34,713 nucleotides of DNA from positions 98,780-133,492 of the forward strand of contig NW_005434667.1 of assembly GCF_000315625.1 (NCBI RefSeq), written 5' to 3'. The translations under genes were made by a program, and so were the position numbers. Below the pieces are notes generated by a model. That model was not told the DNA's origin. It made no database searches and worked only from the letters and a program-made list of their open reading frames with translations. The DNA is from Guillardia theta CCMP2712 (lineage: Eukaryota; Protista; Cryptophyta). Positions 12,926-22,845 of the stretch are shown here, piece by piece. How positions within the stretch are numbered: the stretch's first letter is position 1; each line of letters starts with the position of its first letter.

Positions 12926-15669
12926 GGCAGCAGCAGGCATAAGGGCAGGGGCAGGGGCAGCATCGCGACCATGAGGACCGATGAGGAGAGGAAGAAGAGG
13001 AAGGAGATGAGGCGAAAGGTGATGGGGAGAGAGGGAGGATCTTCACATTCTCGTCGTCCTGCCTACAGACAGGCGTCAACTGCCTCCTCGACCCCCGATG
13101 CTCCTCCGTCGCCGAAGTGAACTTGGTCGCATAATCCTCCCAACATCGCAACCTTACATTCAGGGGTCATCTCCAAAACACGTCCTCGTCCTCCCTCTCC
13201 TGCTCCTCAGGGCCTCCCTCCTCCACCACCACCCTCTCCTGCCCTCCAATTCCCCTCCTCCTCGTCGTCTTCCCCTCTTTCTCACATTTCCTCCTCGCCG
13301 ATGATGCTGTGCCTCTTGCCGTCGTCCCATCGGTCCGCGCAGAAGGCTCTGAGCTCTTGGCCGAAGGGCCCAGCAAACAGCTCCTCCGACCTTCTCTCGC
13401 ACGCGGCGACGAAGTCGACCATGATGGAGCGAGCAAGGTCTTGAAGGTGAGAGAAGAGAAGCGGATGGTCCCTCCAAACTTTCATTCGCACCACCTTGTT
13501 CTTGAAGAACTCGAACCGCTGCTCGTGACTTCGACGCCTCGCCCTCTTCCACGACGAGTTGTACCTCCTTCCCTCCTGCTTCCTGCGGTGCAAGAACGAG
13601 AAGGAGGAACCCGATGGCAGCTCGTGCTCCAGTACGATATCAACCCGCTTCTCCTCCTCCTCCTCCTCCTCCTCCTCCTTCCCGCTTCTTCCAGGATCTT
13701 CCATGCCGTGCTCTAGCAGGTGCCGGCAGAGCTCCAGCAGCCACTCGCACAACCTGTCGTACTGAGCTGAGAACGCCTCGGACGTCATCGAGCTGTCCCT
13801 GACGCTGACGCAGAAGTTGTCAAAGAACGTCTCGTCACAGTCGTCTCGCAGCAGCGCCAGACGCGCCGCCGCCTCCATGGCAGCCTTGCCGATGAAAGTA
13901 ACCTTATCCCGGCTGTGCCAAAGAGCCAGCCTCTCGTTGCTCAGGTAGAACCCGTCGTGCCGTGACAGCCGCAGCTTCTTTCTGATAGTCTTGGTGGCTT
14001 CCATGACCTCCCTGTCCTCCTGCGACATGGTCCGTCTCGTCAAGCATCTGACGAGCGAGTACACACACAGGAGGACGACGATGGTTGGCAGGATAATGAT
14101 GAGCAGGAGCAGCGACATCTCGACACATGCTGAGTTCAGCGCGATCAAGCTCCCGTCGCAGACGCTGCAGTCCTCCTTCTTGGTCGCTCCCGGGCCCCTC
14201 GTGATGCGCCTGCCCCCGCACGCTATCGGCATGACCGACTGAGCAGGACAGTAGAAGCCGGTCGGGCACTCAACGGCAGGCTCGGTCCCTCCCTCGCACC
14301 AGTACCCCTCCGGGCAGGGGAGGCAGGAGCACAGGGTGGGGTCAGGGCTGTAGCCTCGAGCACAGATGAAGGGGACCCAGGTCCTCCATCGGTCAGGGTT
14401 TGACAGGATCCAGTCGCACGCGACCCTCCACGGCCCGGAGTATCCCTCCACCCCGCTTCTCTTGTTCTTGCCGCTTGCCGCCATGAGACCGTTCATGTCC
14501 TCGTCGTACAGGTTCATCTGGTTCACCAGGAACGTCACGTGGCTGCTCACAGAGGGGAGTCGCCGCCACACGTAGTTCCTCGGTTTGATCAGCGCAAGGC
14601 CCGTCCGGTAGATCTGCTGCTGGTACTCCAGCTCGTTGGTGTCTGGCAGCCTGAGCTTGACAGGAGTCTGACCTTCCAGTCCGAGGAGGTTGTCGTCAGG
14701 TTGATACCAGCCGAAGAGTACTTTCCTGGCCTTCACCATGGAGTAGTAGATGTCGTCGAAGGCTGCAGTGCCGTCTCTGACTTTGATCAGAGCAACGGGT
14801 ATGTTGAGCCAGAACGCAAGCTGCATCGCAACATGATACTGGTACTGCAGGACGAACGGGAGGCACTTGGAGTGATTAGCCAAGCACGCTGGGGAGAACC
14901 AAACCCGGTCGTCGTAGAAGCAAGCTGTTCCCTTGTTCCCCGTCTTCGCCTCATAGTTTGCCTTCTCGCGAGAGTTGCCGTACTTGACCTGATCCAGATC
15001 TGAGCAAGTCTCCACCGCCTCGATCGGAATCATGTCAAGAATCGACATCCAGGGGTCGAAGTAGACGTGAGGGTCATAGCGGGCGGCGTCATAGTACCTG
15101 TAGTAGTCCAGGAAAACAGAATCTTTCTGAGCCTGCTGCACCATCGTATCCCACAGAAAGAAATGATCGACAGTGTTGTAGTCGTAGACTGTCAGAAGGG
15201 TGGGTTGCAAGTGACTGGGCAGAGCAGACACGCGTCCGATACCGTAAGACCAAGTCTCGACGGTGATGTGAACAACAGGGTCTGATATGTTGTTGTCCTT
15301 GCACAGAGTGTCGTCGGGATTCTTACAGCCTGCAACGTACATGACGGGCTGACCTGAATGTAAAGCAGTGCCGTCCAGTAGCTGTACTTCAAACTGGAGG
15401 ATCTCGGCCAGGAGGATGTAAGTTATCTCAGATATGATGCGCGCAGAGGCCCAGGAGGCGTACGGGACCTTGAGAGGGTGTAAAGTGCCATCAGCGTACT
15501 TCAACCGTCGAAGCTGTTCTGTGCGAAGTTGCGAGAAAGAGGAGAAGTTGAAGCTAGGAGGGAAGCATTGCTTGTCGTGCGGGACAAGTTGAATAGTGCT
15601 TGCAGATGTCAAAGAACAGAGACGAAGTATAAGAGCAACAAGGAGAATCGACGACATTGATCTTGTCAT
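12074..15669 (-). CDS. Predicted single-pass receptor: signal peptide + periplasmic-binding-protein-II-like ectodomain + Cys-rich repeats + TM + cytoplasmic RelA/SpoT-like nucleotidyltransferase (about 1062 aa)
   Basis: Exons 15669-13286, 13152-13047 (optional in-frame 60-nt intron 13122-13063) and 12772-12074. Junctions AT|GTGAG..TAAG|G and AAT|GTGAAG..CTAG|GTG keep frame. Hydrophobic N-terminus SILLVALILRLCSLTSA. Ectodomain motifs ASWASARIISEITYILLAEILQFEV, VETW, LFGWYQPD, VACDWILSNPDRWRTWVP. Cys repeats CPEGYWC..CPTGFYCP. TM LLLLIIILPTIVVLLCVYSLV at 14050-14112. C-terminal motifs IKTPERMAEK, ILDPVRLSIVC, RVKNKF, GYRDLKL, EIQLH, MHRLYK. Confidence 0.8.
12806..12960. repeat. Intronic (GGGGCA)n/(GGAGCA)n hexamer microsatellites
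   Basis: Visible tandem repeats inside the predicted 13046-12773 intron. Confidence 0.9.
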
Positions 15670-17702
15670 GGATCCACGGGTCAGAAGCGCCTGCGCTCAT
15701 GTTGGACGTTCATTCTCCCCCTACGACTATCAGCAAGATGTCAGTGAAAACAAGTTCCATCCGATCTGGACGTTATTGAGGGGTCATCTTATCGATTGCA
15801 AGTGCTGTTCCCTACTACAATCCATAAAATCGTTCAAGTCGGCACAAAGCAACCCCTTCACATCTCCCGATGACTCTACCGCCTCTTCGTGTATGCCAGG
15901 CTTCAATCTCAGACTTTTCTCTCCTGGCCTGTATTCGCCTAATTTCTTAGGATCGTTCACTCCCATCGCTTTTATCCCTCTCCTTCTCTCCCTCCTCCCT
16001 CTCCTCCCTCCCTCCTCCCTCCCTCCTCCCTCCCTCCTCCCTCATCATTTTACTCCATCGCCATATCTTTTTCCTCGCCTTCACAAAAAGCTGAGGACTT
16101 CAATATCTTTGACTACCCCACCCCCTCCTTGAACTATTTGCACCCCAAACCTTTCTGCCGCTCCTTACCACCCCCCTCCCCCTCCCCACCCCCCAACCCC
16201 CAGACTCAAGCAGTCTCAGACCGATTTGACAACCCTGGCAGCCCTCAAAAAAACAATACGAGTCAAGTCAAAAAGACCAAAAGACCCATCCACCCACCCA
16301 CCCACCCACCCACCCACCTGCCTGATTCCCTTGACTGCCACCCACCCCTTCTCTTACACCACCGCCCTACACCCTCCCCCCGGCCCAAGTTACACTTTTA
16401 AAAGCCACTTTTAAACTTCCGAGTCGCATGTGATGTTTACTACAGGCCTTTAATCGGAAATTCCCGAACCCGCTTCTAAGTTCAGCCCGCCGGACTCCGT
16501 CAGACCCGGCCCCCCCGGCCCGGTCACCGTCCGATCGGCACCGGGCGGCGGGCAGCAGTGACTCGCTCGAACCGACGCCGCGGGACAATCGGATCACTGC
16601 CAGCCAGCGGACGGTCGGGGTGTCGGAGAGTCACTGAGCCCGGCCTCAGTGACGCTGATCTGAGGCAGCCGGACCGTCCGACGGTCTGAGGTTTGACCCT
16701 GAGGGGCCCGGGCCGGGACCGTACTACGGTACGGTTGCCTAACTTTGAAGGCCAAGGATCAGGCATGCCGTTTACTTTCAGGCCTTTCGTTAATGTGGCC
16801 CTTAAATTTTTCGCCGGTAGAGAAACCCCGCTAAATAGTACCCACACGTTTTAGTTTATTTCTACACTCCTCTTTACAAGTTATTTTAACAGTGTACCGG
16901 CATGTACGGCCACTTTCACAGTACCACTCTAGTTGCAATCCTCCTTGCCTGGACGGGCAATCATTTGAATGGCGGCGCAATCAGGGCGCCGACCACCGTC
17001 GTCACATTGAACTTCGGAAGCCTCCCGGAGTCCGGCTGCCTCATCGCTCGGCGGCCCGGCATTGCTGACAGTGATGGAACGTATGCCAGCCGTGCCAGTC
17101 AGATAGCGCGTGTGGGACGAAGAGGGGGCTTTCCTAGAGGCTGAGCCGTCTTGCTAAGCCTCGGTCCTCTCATGTCTGGATGCTTGGGTTTCACATCCTA
17201 GCATGCAGTCTATCTCTCATGTGCTCCTCAATTCTGGTTTTGTGTGCATTCAATTAAACTCGGTCTTGAGCAAATTGTTACAACTAAGGTCGATCAACGG
17301 TGATATCTGAGCGGCGGCGTGACTTTTGGACTAGTACAAGTCTAACAAACTTGTGCTCCGTCAATTGCCAAACTTGAGGAGGAGATTGGACCTCGGACTC
17401 ATCAGATCAGCACCGTACCTGCTGCACTGAGTCATGACGGTGCCAGTGTTTCAATGGTTCAAGCGGTGTATAGTACGTCATGCCCGGCCGCGTGACTGAC
17501 ACGGCCGGTCACCCGGTCACGGCGACGTCGCAGCGGTGCCGGGGGCCCGATGATGCCGCTGTGCGGCGGGCCGGGCCCGGTACCCGTCGGTCACGGTACG
17601 GCAGTGACTCACAGTACTGTAGTGACCCGGCAAAATAGTTTCTTTAGTCAAAGTCAGTCTGCCTCAGACTCGATGGTACCATTCCCCTGATAGGTTGCAA
17701 CC

Positions 17703-20163
17703 ATGTCCACAGACGCTGAAGAAGGGAAGATCGAAGAGAGAGCGGAGAGAGAGGAGCAGAGCGATGCGAGGAAGGATGGGGGAGAAGGAGAGCGGAAAGA
17801 GGAGGGAGAAGCCCAAGCAGGAGATCCAGAGAACGGAGATCTGCAGGACGGTACGGCTGCGGGTGCTGAAGACGAAGGCGCGTCGGCCAAGGAGAGTTTG
17901 TCCCTGGATCGCGAAGAGGAGAAGGAAGAAGATGGACCAGACGGTGAAAGACAGGTAGACCAACAGCCAGATGAAGACGAGGATCGTACAGAAGATGTCT
18001 CGCCAAGTGCTCAGGAGGATGAAGCAGGTTTTGTTCATTCGAGTTTCGTAAAATTTGTGAAATGATTGGAAACAGCATCCGACGAGGCGCAACAGGTTGA
18101 AGACGAAGCTTCAGGTGACTGCAAAGATCATAATCTCATACGAAGATGATCTCCTGATTCTTTCCATAGCCGGCATAGCGAGCGCATCCACGAGTGGTAA
18201 GTATGCTCATTCACAACCTGTCTTTTCACACAAGGACATGACGGCGAATCGCGCAGAGTCTCGTCCTCCTCTACCAGGAGCTCCTCCTCCAAACCAAGGA
18301 CAAATATCAGGAGACAGTCTGGGGGAAGGAGACTGGCAAGATGTGAGCTACAACCTGTTACCTCCTCTCCTGCCTTCTCACTGTCCTGAAAGGTCTCTGG
18401 ATACACAGAGTCTGCTCCGCAGAAAGATCCGACGTCTCCACGTGCTCCTGCTTTCAGTTTGCTTCTGAGTTTGAGATGATTGACAGGCATTGCGGGGAGG
18501 GAGCGATGCAGCAGCTCGAGCTCCTCATCGATCGCATGGAAGGAAGCTCGTTCCATACCCAGGATGCGGCGCATTTTCTACGAAGGTCAGTTTTCTCTGT
18601 TCCGTTTAGCAGTGTCTTCACTTCCTCTCCCTCTCCCTCCCCCTCTCTTTCTCTCCTCCTATCCTCATGTTCTGTCCTCCATCCATCCTCCTCCATTTGT
18701 CCTGTCTACAGCTTTTTCAATATCTTTCATCGCTCTGCTCGCTGTGATTCAAGCCGTGATGACTGTCTTCAGGAGGGCGGAAATAGAAGAGACTTACGCG
18801 AGATCGCTTCGAAGATTGTACGAAGAGTCTGCTGAATCGAAAGTAAGACCAACGATGAAACTTGGTATGCTGCTCATCAGCTCTTGCCAGGTCCTGTCGT
18901 TTCGTAGTCTCAAGAACAAGTTGACCCGAGCTGGGCAAATGCAGCTCGACTCTGCAGGTCCGATTGGGAATGGTGGGAGGAAGAGGGGGTGGTGGAGACG
19001 GGAGAAGTGTGGGGTGGTGGGGACGAGAAGAGGGTTGAAAGACTGATGGTGGAGGTAGAGAGCGCAGCTCAAGCTTGGTCTGCTATCGAGTCGCACATCA
19101 TGCAAACATCTGAAGTGCACATGGCGCTGAGTGAAGTATGGCGACTGCGATGAAGATTGCGATGATGATGATAATGATGATGATATGGAAGGCAATGACA
19201 ATGACGATGACATGATTGATGACGATATGTTTGCTCATCATGAAGCTTGTGATGAAGCGGTTGATAGAGATGATGCTTTTGGTGATCGGATGATGGAGAT
19301 GATGGAGACTGTAAGAGTTTAATCCGTTTTCTTCAGAGAATCATGAAAATTTCAGTAAGCTTGAAAAAGGCGAACGATGAAAGTGAGCAGAGGAGAAAGG
19401 TAAGCAAACATTCCAACATTCCCTTAGACCTCACTCCTTCCTCATCTACAACAGGAGGTAGAGCGATTCACTCAAAGAGCGGCGAAAGAGCTTCGAGAGA
19501 CACAGAAGAAGTACGAGCACTGCGTTGAAACTATGAAGGTATTATCTCCTCCACCTCCTCCTCCCCCGTGCTCTTCCTTCTCCTGACATTTCGTTTTCTC
19601 TGCAGACCATGGAAGTCAGCGCTGGCGTGCAAAGCGTTTCCCCGATACAGAAAAAGTGAGAGGAGGTATGGGATGACGGAGGAGCTAATGGGGTGGCAGG
19701 GGAAGCGCGATCCTCTCGCTGTTCAAAAAGTCCTCCTCCTCCAGCGCGGAGGCCGTCGAGAATGCCGTGAAGGAGTCAGAGAGAAAGTAGTATTTGCTTT
19801 CCTCCTCTTCTTGTCTTTACCCTTCCCAGGTATTCCGCCGCCAAACTTTCCTTCGCAAGCTCCTTCCCGTCCACGATCGACCAGTTGCGCAAGTGCGAGC
19901 AAGACAGGATCGAAGCGGTGAAGCATAACCTCGACGAGTTCCTCAACGTCGGGCTGGGAGCGATGCAGTAAGTGGGGAGGAGAGGGAAAGGGAAGCGTGT
20001 GAGAGGCGTGCAGGGCGGTTCAAAACTTGTTCTCTCCTGCAATGGTGAAGGTGAATGCAATCGATACCGAACGAGATCTGAATGTCAACCTGGCCTGTCT
20101 GTTGTGCTCTTGCTGATTTCAATGCAGAAAATCTTTGGAGAGACCAAGACCAGCGATTCGTAG
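17703..20163 (+). CDS. F-BAR (FCH) domain protein with an acidic N-terminal extension
   Basis: ATG at 17703. Spliced exons give QDAAHFLRR|RAEIEETYARSLRRLYEE, which fits the FCH signature F.+.RA.IEE.YA+.L.+L. Helical exons follow (EVERFTQRAAKELRETQKKYEHCVETMK; YSAAKLSFASSFPSTIDQLRKCEQDRIEAVKHNLDEFL; VNAIDTERDL), typical of the F-BAR C-terminal helices. Last exon KIFGETKTSDS*. Confidence 0.7.
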
Positions 20164-20336
20164 AGGCAAGTTCCTTGGCAACCGACCGATGTGGGACAAC
20201 AACCATGCAGCGATGAAGTAGAAGCAGCTGTCGCTAGTGTTCAACGGTCATTAAAGTAACCGTTGCGTTCGGGCAGTGTCAGAGAACTGAGTGCGGGAGG
20301 CACAAGACATAGTGACAGCAGAAAGAAAGACAGCAG

Positions 20337-20420
20337 GATGACCTGCTGGATGACCTGCTGGATGACCTGCTGGATGACCTGCTGGATGACCTGCTGGATG
20401 ACCTGCTGGATGACCTGCTG
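20337..20420. repeat. 12-bp minisatellite (GATGACCTGCTG)x7
   Basis: Seven perfect tandem units in the intergenic region, followed by degenerate GGGGATGAG and (GAAGA)n repeats up to about 20650. Confidence 0.95.
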
Positions 20421-20823
20421 GAAATGAGCAGGGAAATGAGGGGATGAGCTGGGGGATGAGGGGGATGAACAGGGGGATGAGGGGGATGAGGGGATGAGAA
20501 CCGGTAGGGTCGGGGCGTCGAAATTGAGGATGAGGTGGAGGTGAAGAGAGGAAGAGAATAGAAGAGAAGAGAAGAGAAGAGAAGAGAAGAGAGAGAAGAG
20601 AAGAGAAGAGAAGAGCAGAGCAGATGAGATGGAGAGAGAAGATGAGAAGAGAAAACGAAGACCATGATCAATAGTTGTCGACGATTGGACATTGAGCCAT
20701 GTCTTGTCATGAGACCGGAAGAGGAATTCGTCATGAGTGTGTGCTCTTGGTTGATAATACCGTGAAATATTACGTCGCTGTTGTTCGGATTGAGCTTCAG
20801 ATTTGTTCTCATCTCAGTCAGAC

Positions 20824-21281
20824 ATGAACGGAAAAGACAAGCGCCTGCACGGCTCCTTCGGTGATTCTGTGATAGAGAGGAAGGAGGAAGCAGACGTGGA
20901 GGAGCAGCAGGCGGGAGGGGGAGAGGGAAAGCAGGAGAAGACAGCCAAGGGCTTCAAGCCCAACGCGCTCCTCTACCTAAAGAAGATCAAGGAGCCTGGC
21001 TTCGCAGCCGAACTCAAGAGGAAGGGTTGCTCAGGCTGGCCTTGCCATGCTGGTTTCCTGTGCGATTTCTGTATGCTGCGCCCTGAGTGGATTGCGGAGT
21101 CGAAGCTCGAGCCTCTCAACGTGCGCAGCTGCGTCATGAAGAGCAGGGGAAGTGAGAGATGCGCAGGAAGAGATTGCGGAGCTCAAGCAGTCGATCATCA
21201 TCTTGCGCAAACAACAACAGGATGTCGAGACGTGAGTAGTACTTGGAGGGGAGGGTGGTAGAGGAGGGGAAGGAGGAGGAG

Positions 21282-21313
<32 letters not shown>

Positions 21314-22518
21314 CAGGAGGAGCAGGAGCTTTCGCATGTGGCTGAGGGGCTTCAGGCTTGAGCGAGCTGAACGTCTGGTGGCCGGGAAGTACTGGTCAAA
21401 GAGCGACGAGGAGCGGAAGATGACGCTGAACAGCATGCTGGAGGACAGCACCGCACGGTGAGGGGAAGCGATGCGAGAGAGGGGAGGATGACAGGAGGCT
21501 GTAGGGTTGAAGCCCAGGAGGCGACGAGAGCCAAGATCGCAGCCGAGAAGGTGCGAGATAGTCTGCTGGATCAGCTGTCGAGGGTCCAGGAGAAAGTGAA
21601 GCTGCAGGTGGTGGAGGAGGGAGGGACGGGGGCAGCCGTGACGGCTAGAGCAGGAGAAAGACAACACAAGCTTGAAGCAGCAGGTCATGGCGCTACAGCA
21701 GACCCTCGAGGAGAGCAGGCGAAAGCTCAACTTCGTACAGGAGCGCTGCTGACTCGCGCGATGCTGACATGCGCGGCAGGTGGAGAAGGACCTGGAGGAC
21801 AAGCGGTCGATGATCTCAGAGGCGTTCAAGGAGAAGAGCAGGGCGACTACTGAGGTGCGAGGGGGGAAGGAGGAGAAGATGAACTGACTTGCTCTTGTGG
21901 CGTCAGGCCCGAAGGCTCAAGCTGGAGGTGGAGGCGACGAATATGGAGATTGCAGTGAAAAACGAGCAGGAAGACGAAGCTGCGTCCTCCTCCTCCTCCT
22001 CCTGACCTTCTCCTGCTCAGATCCACAAACTTATCGAGGAGCTGCAGAAGCTGCAGGGGGTAACGGAGGAACGAGACGTCTTCCGGGCCCTGGCTGACCG
22101 CCGGGCGATGCTGTCGCAAAGCATCATGGATGAGGTGGGAGGAGGAGGAGAAGGAAGAGGAAGAGAACTATTGACGGCATGAGGCAGGTAGCAGAGGATG
22201 TGGTGAAGGCTGAACGAATCAGAGACGAGCACGTGAACACGGTGAGAGGAGGAGGAGAGGAGGAGAGGAGGAGGAGGAGGAGGAGGAGGAGGAGAGGAGG
22301 AGAGGAGGAGGAGGGGTGAAAGGGAGAAAAGAGAGCGAGAGAGGAGAGGAGGAGCTGACTAAATCCGAACAGATCAGGAAGTTGCAGAAAGAGCTTGCGA
22401 CAACGAGGAAGGTGAGGTCGACTTAGCAGGACGAGGCTCTGAACTTGAGCGGCAGAACATCGCCATGCAGCACAAGGCAAAACAGCGGGCAGAGTCATCA
22501 GGAGGAGAGAGGAAGTGA
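20824..22518 (+). CDS. Multi-exon coiled-coil hypothetical protein
   Basis: ATG at 20824 (MNGKDKRLHG...). Heptad-rich short exons (VEAQEATRAKIAAEKVRDSLLDQLSRVQEKVKLQ; VEKDLEDKRSMISEAFKEKSRATTE; IHKLIEELQKLQGVTEERDVFRALADRR; IRKLQKELATTRK|NIAMQHKAKQRAESSGGERK*) are separated by short GT-AG introns. Confidence 0.65.
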
Positions 22519-22620
22519 AGTGATGGTGCTAGTATAAGACGTTCTCATCTCGTTCACTGTCATGCTGTTGTAGCATGTTAATCTGCCTCCTAGTGCTTTC
22601 ACTGTCCTCCTCCTCCTCCT

Positions 22621-22720
22621 NNNNNNNNNNNNNNNNNNNNNNNNNNNNNNNNNNNNNNNNNNNNNNNNNNNNNNNNNNNNNNNNNNNNNNNNNNNNNNNN
22701 NNNNNNNNNNNNNNNNNNNN
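22621..22720. other. Assembly gap (100 N, probably of unknown true size)
   Basis: Run of exactly 100 n flanked by microsatellites. Confidence 1.
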
Positions 22721-22845
22721 GGAGATGGTGATGGTGTTCGTCGTGAGGTGGTTGGGAGAGGAAAGGCAGGAGGAGGAGCAGGAGCAGGAGGAGGAGCAGG
22801 AGGAGGAGCAGGAGGAGGAGCAGGAGGAGGAGGAAGAGTAGCACC

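Noticed and set aside
12011-13120. 369-aa plus-strand ORF overlapping the RelA/SpoT-like exon
   Set aside because: Antisense shadow of a GC3-rich coding exon extended by microsatellite. The minus strand carries the conserved motifs.
16902-17460. Possible small gene or transposon fragment between the GC islands
   Set aside because: Only an 80-aa ORF without recognisable motifs. No terminal inverted repeats or target-site duplication found by eye.
20337-20420. Regular repeat considered as a possible CRISPR-like array
   Set aside because: Head-to-tail 12-mers with no spacers and no cas genes, in a eukaryotic context.
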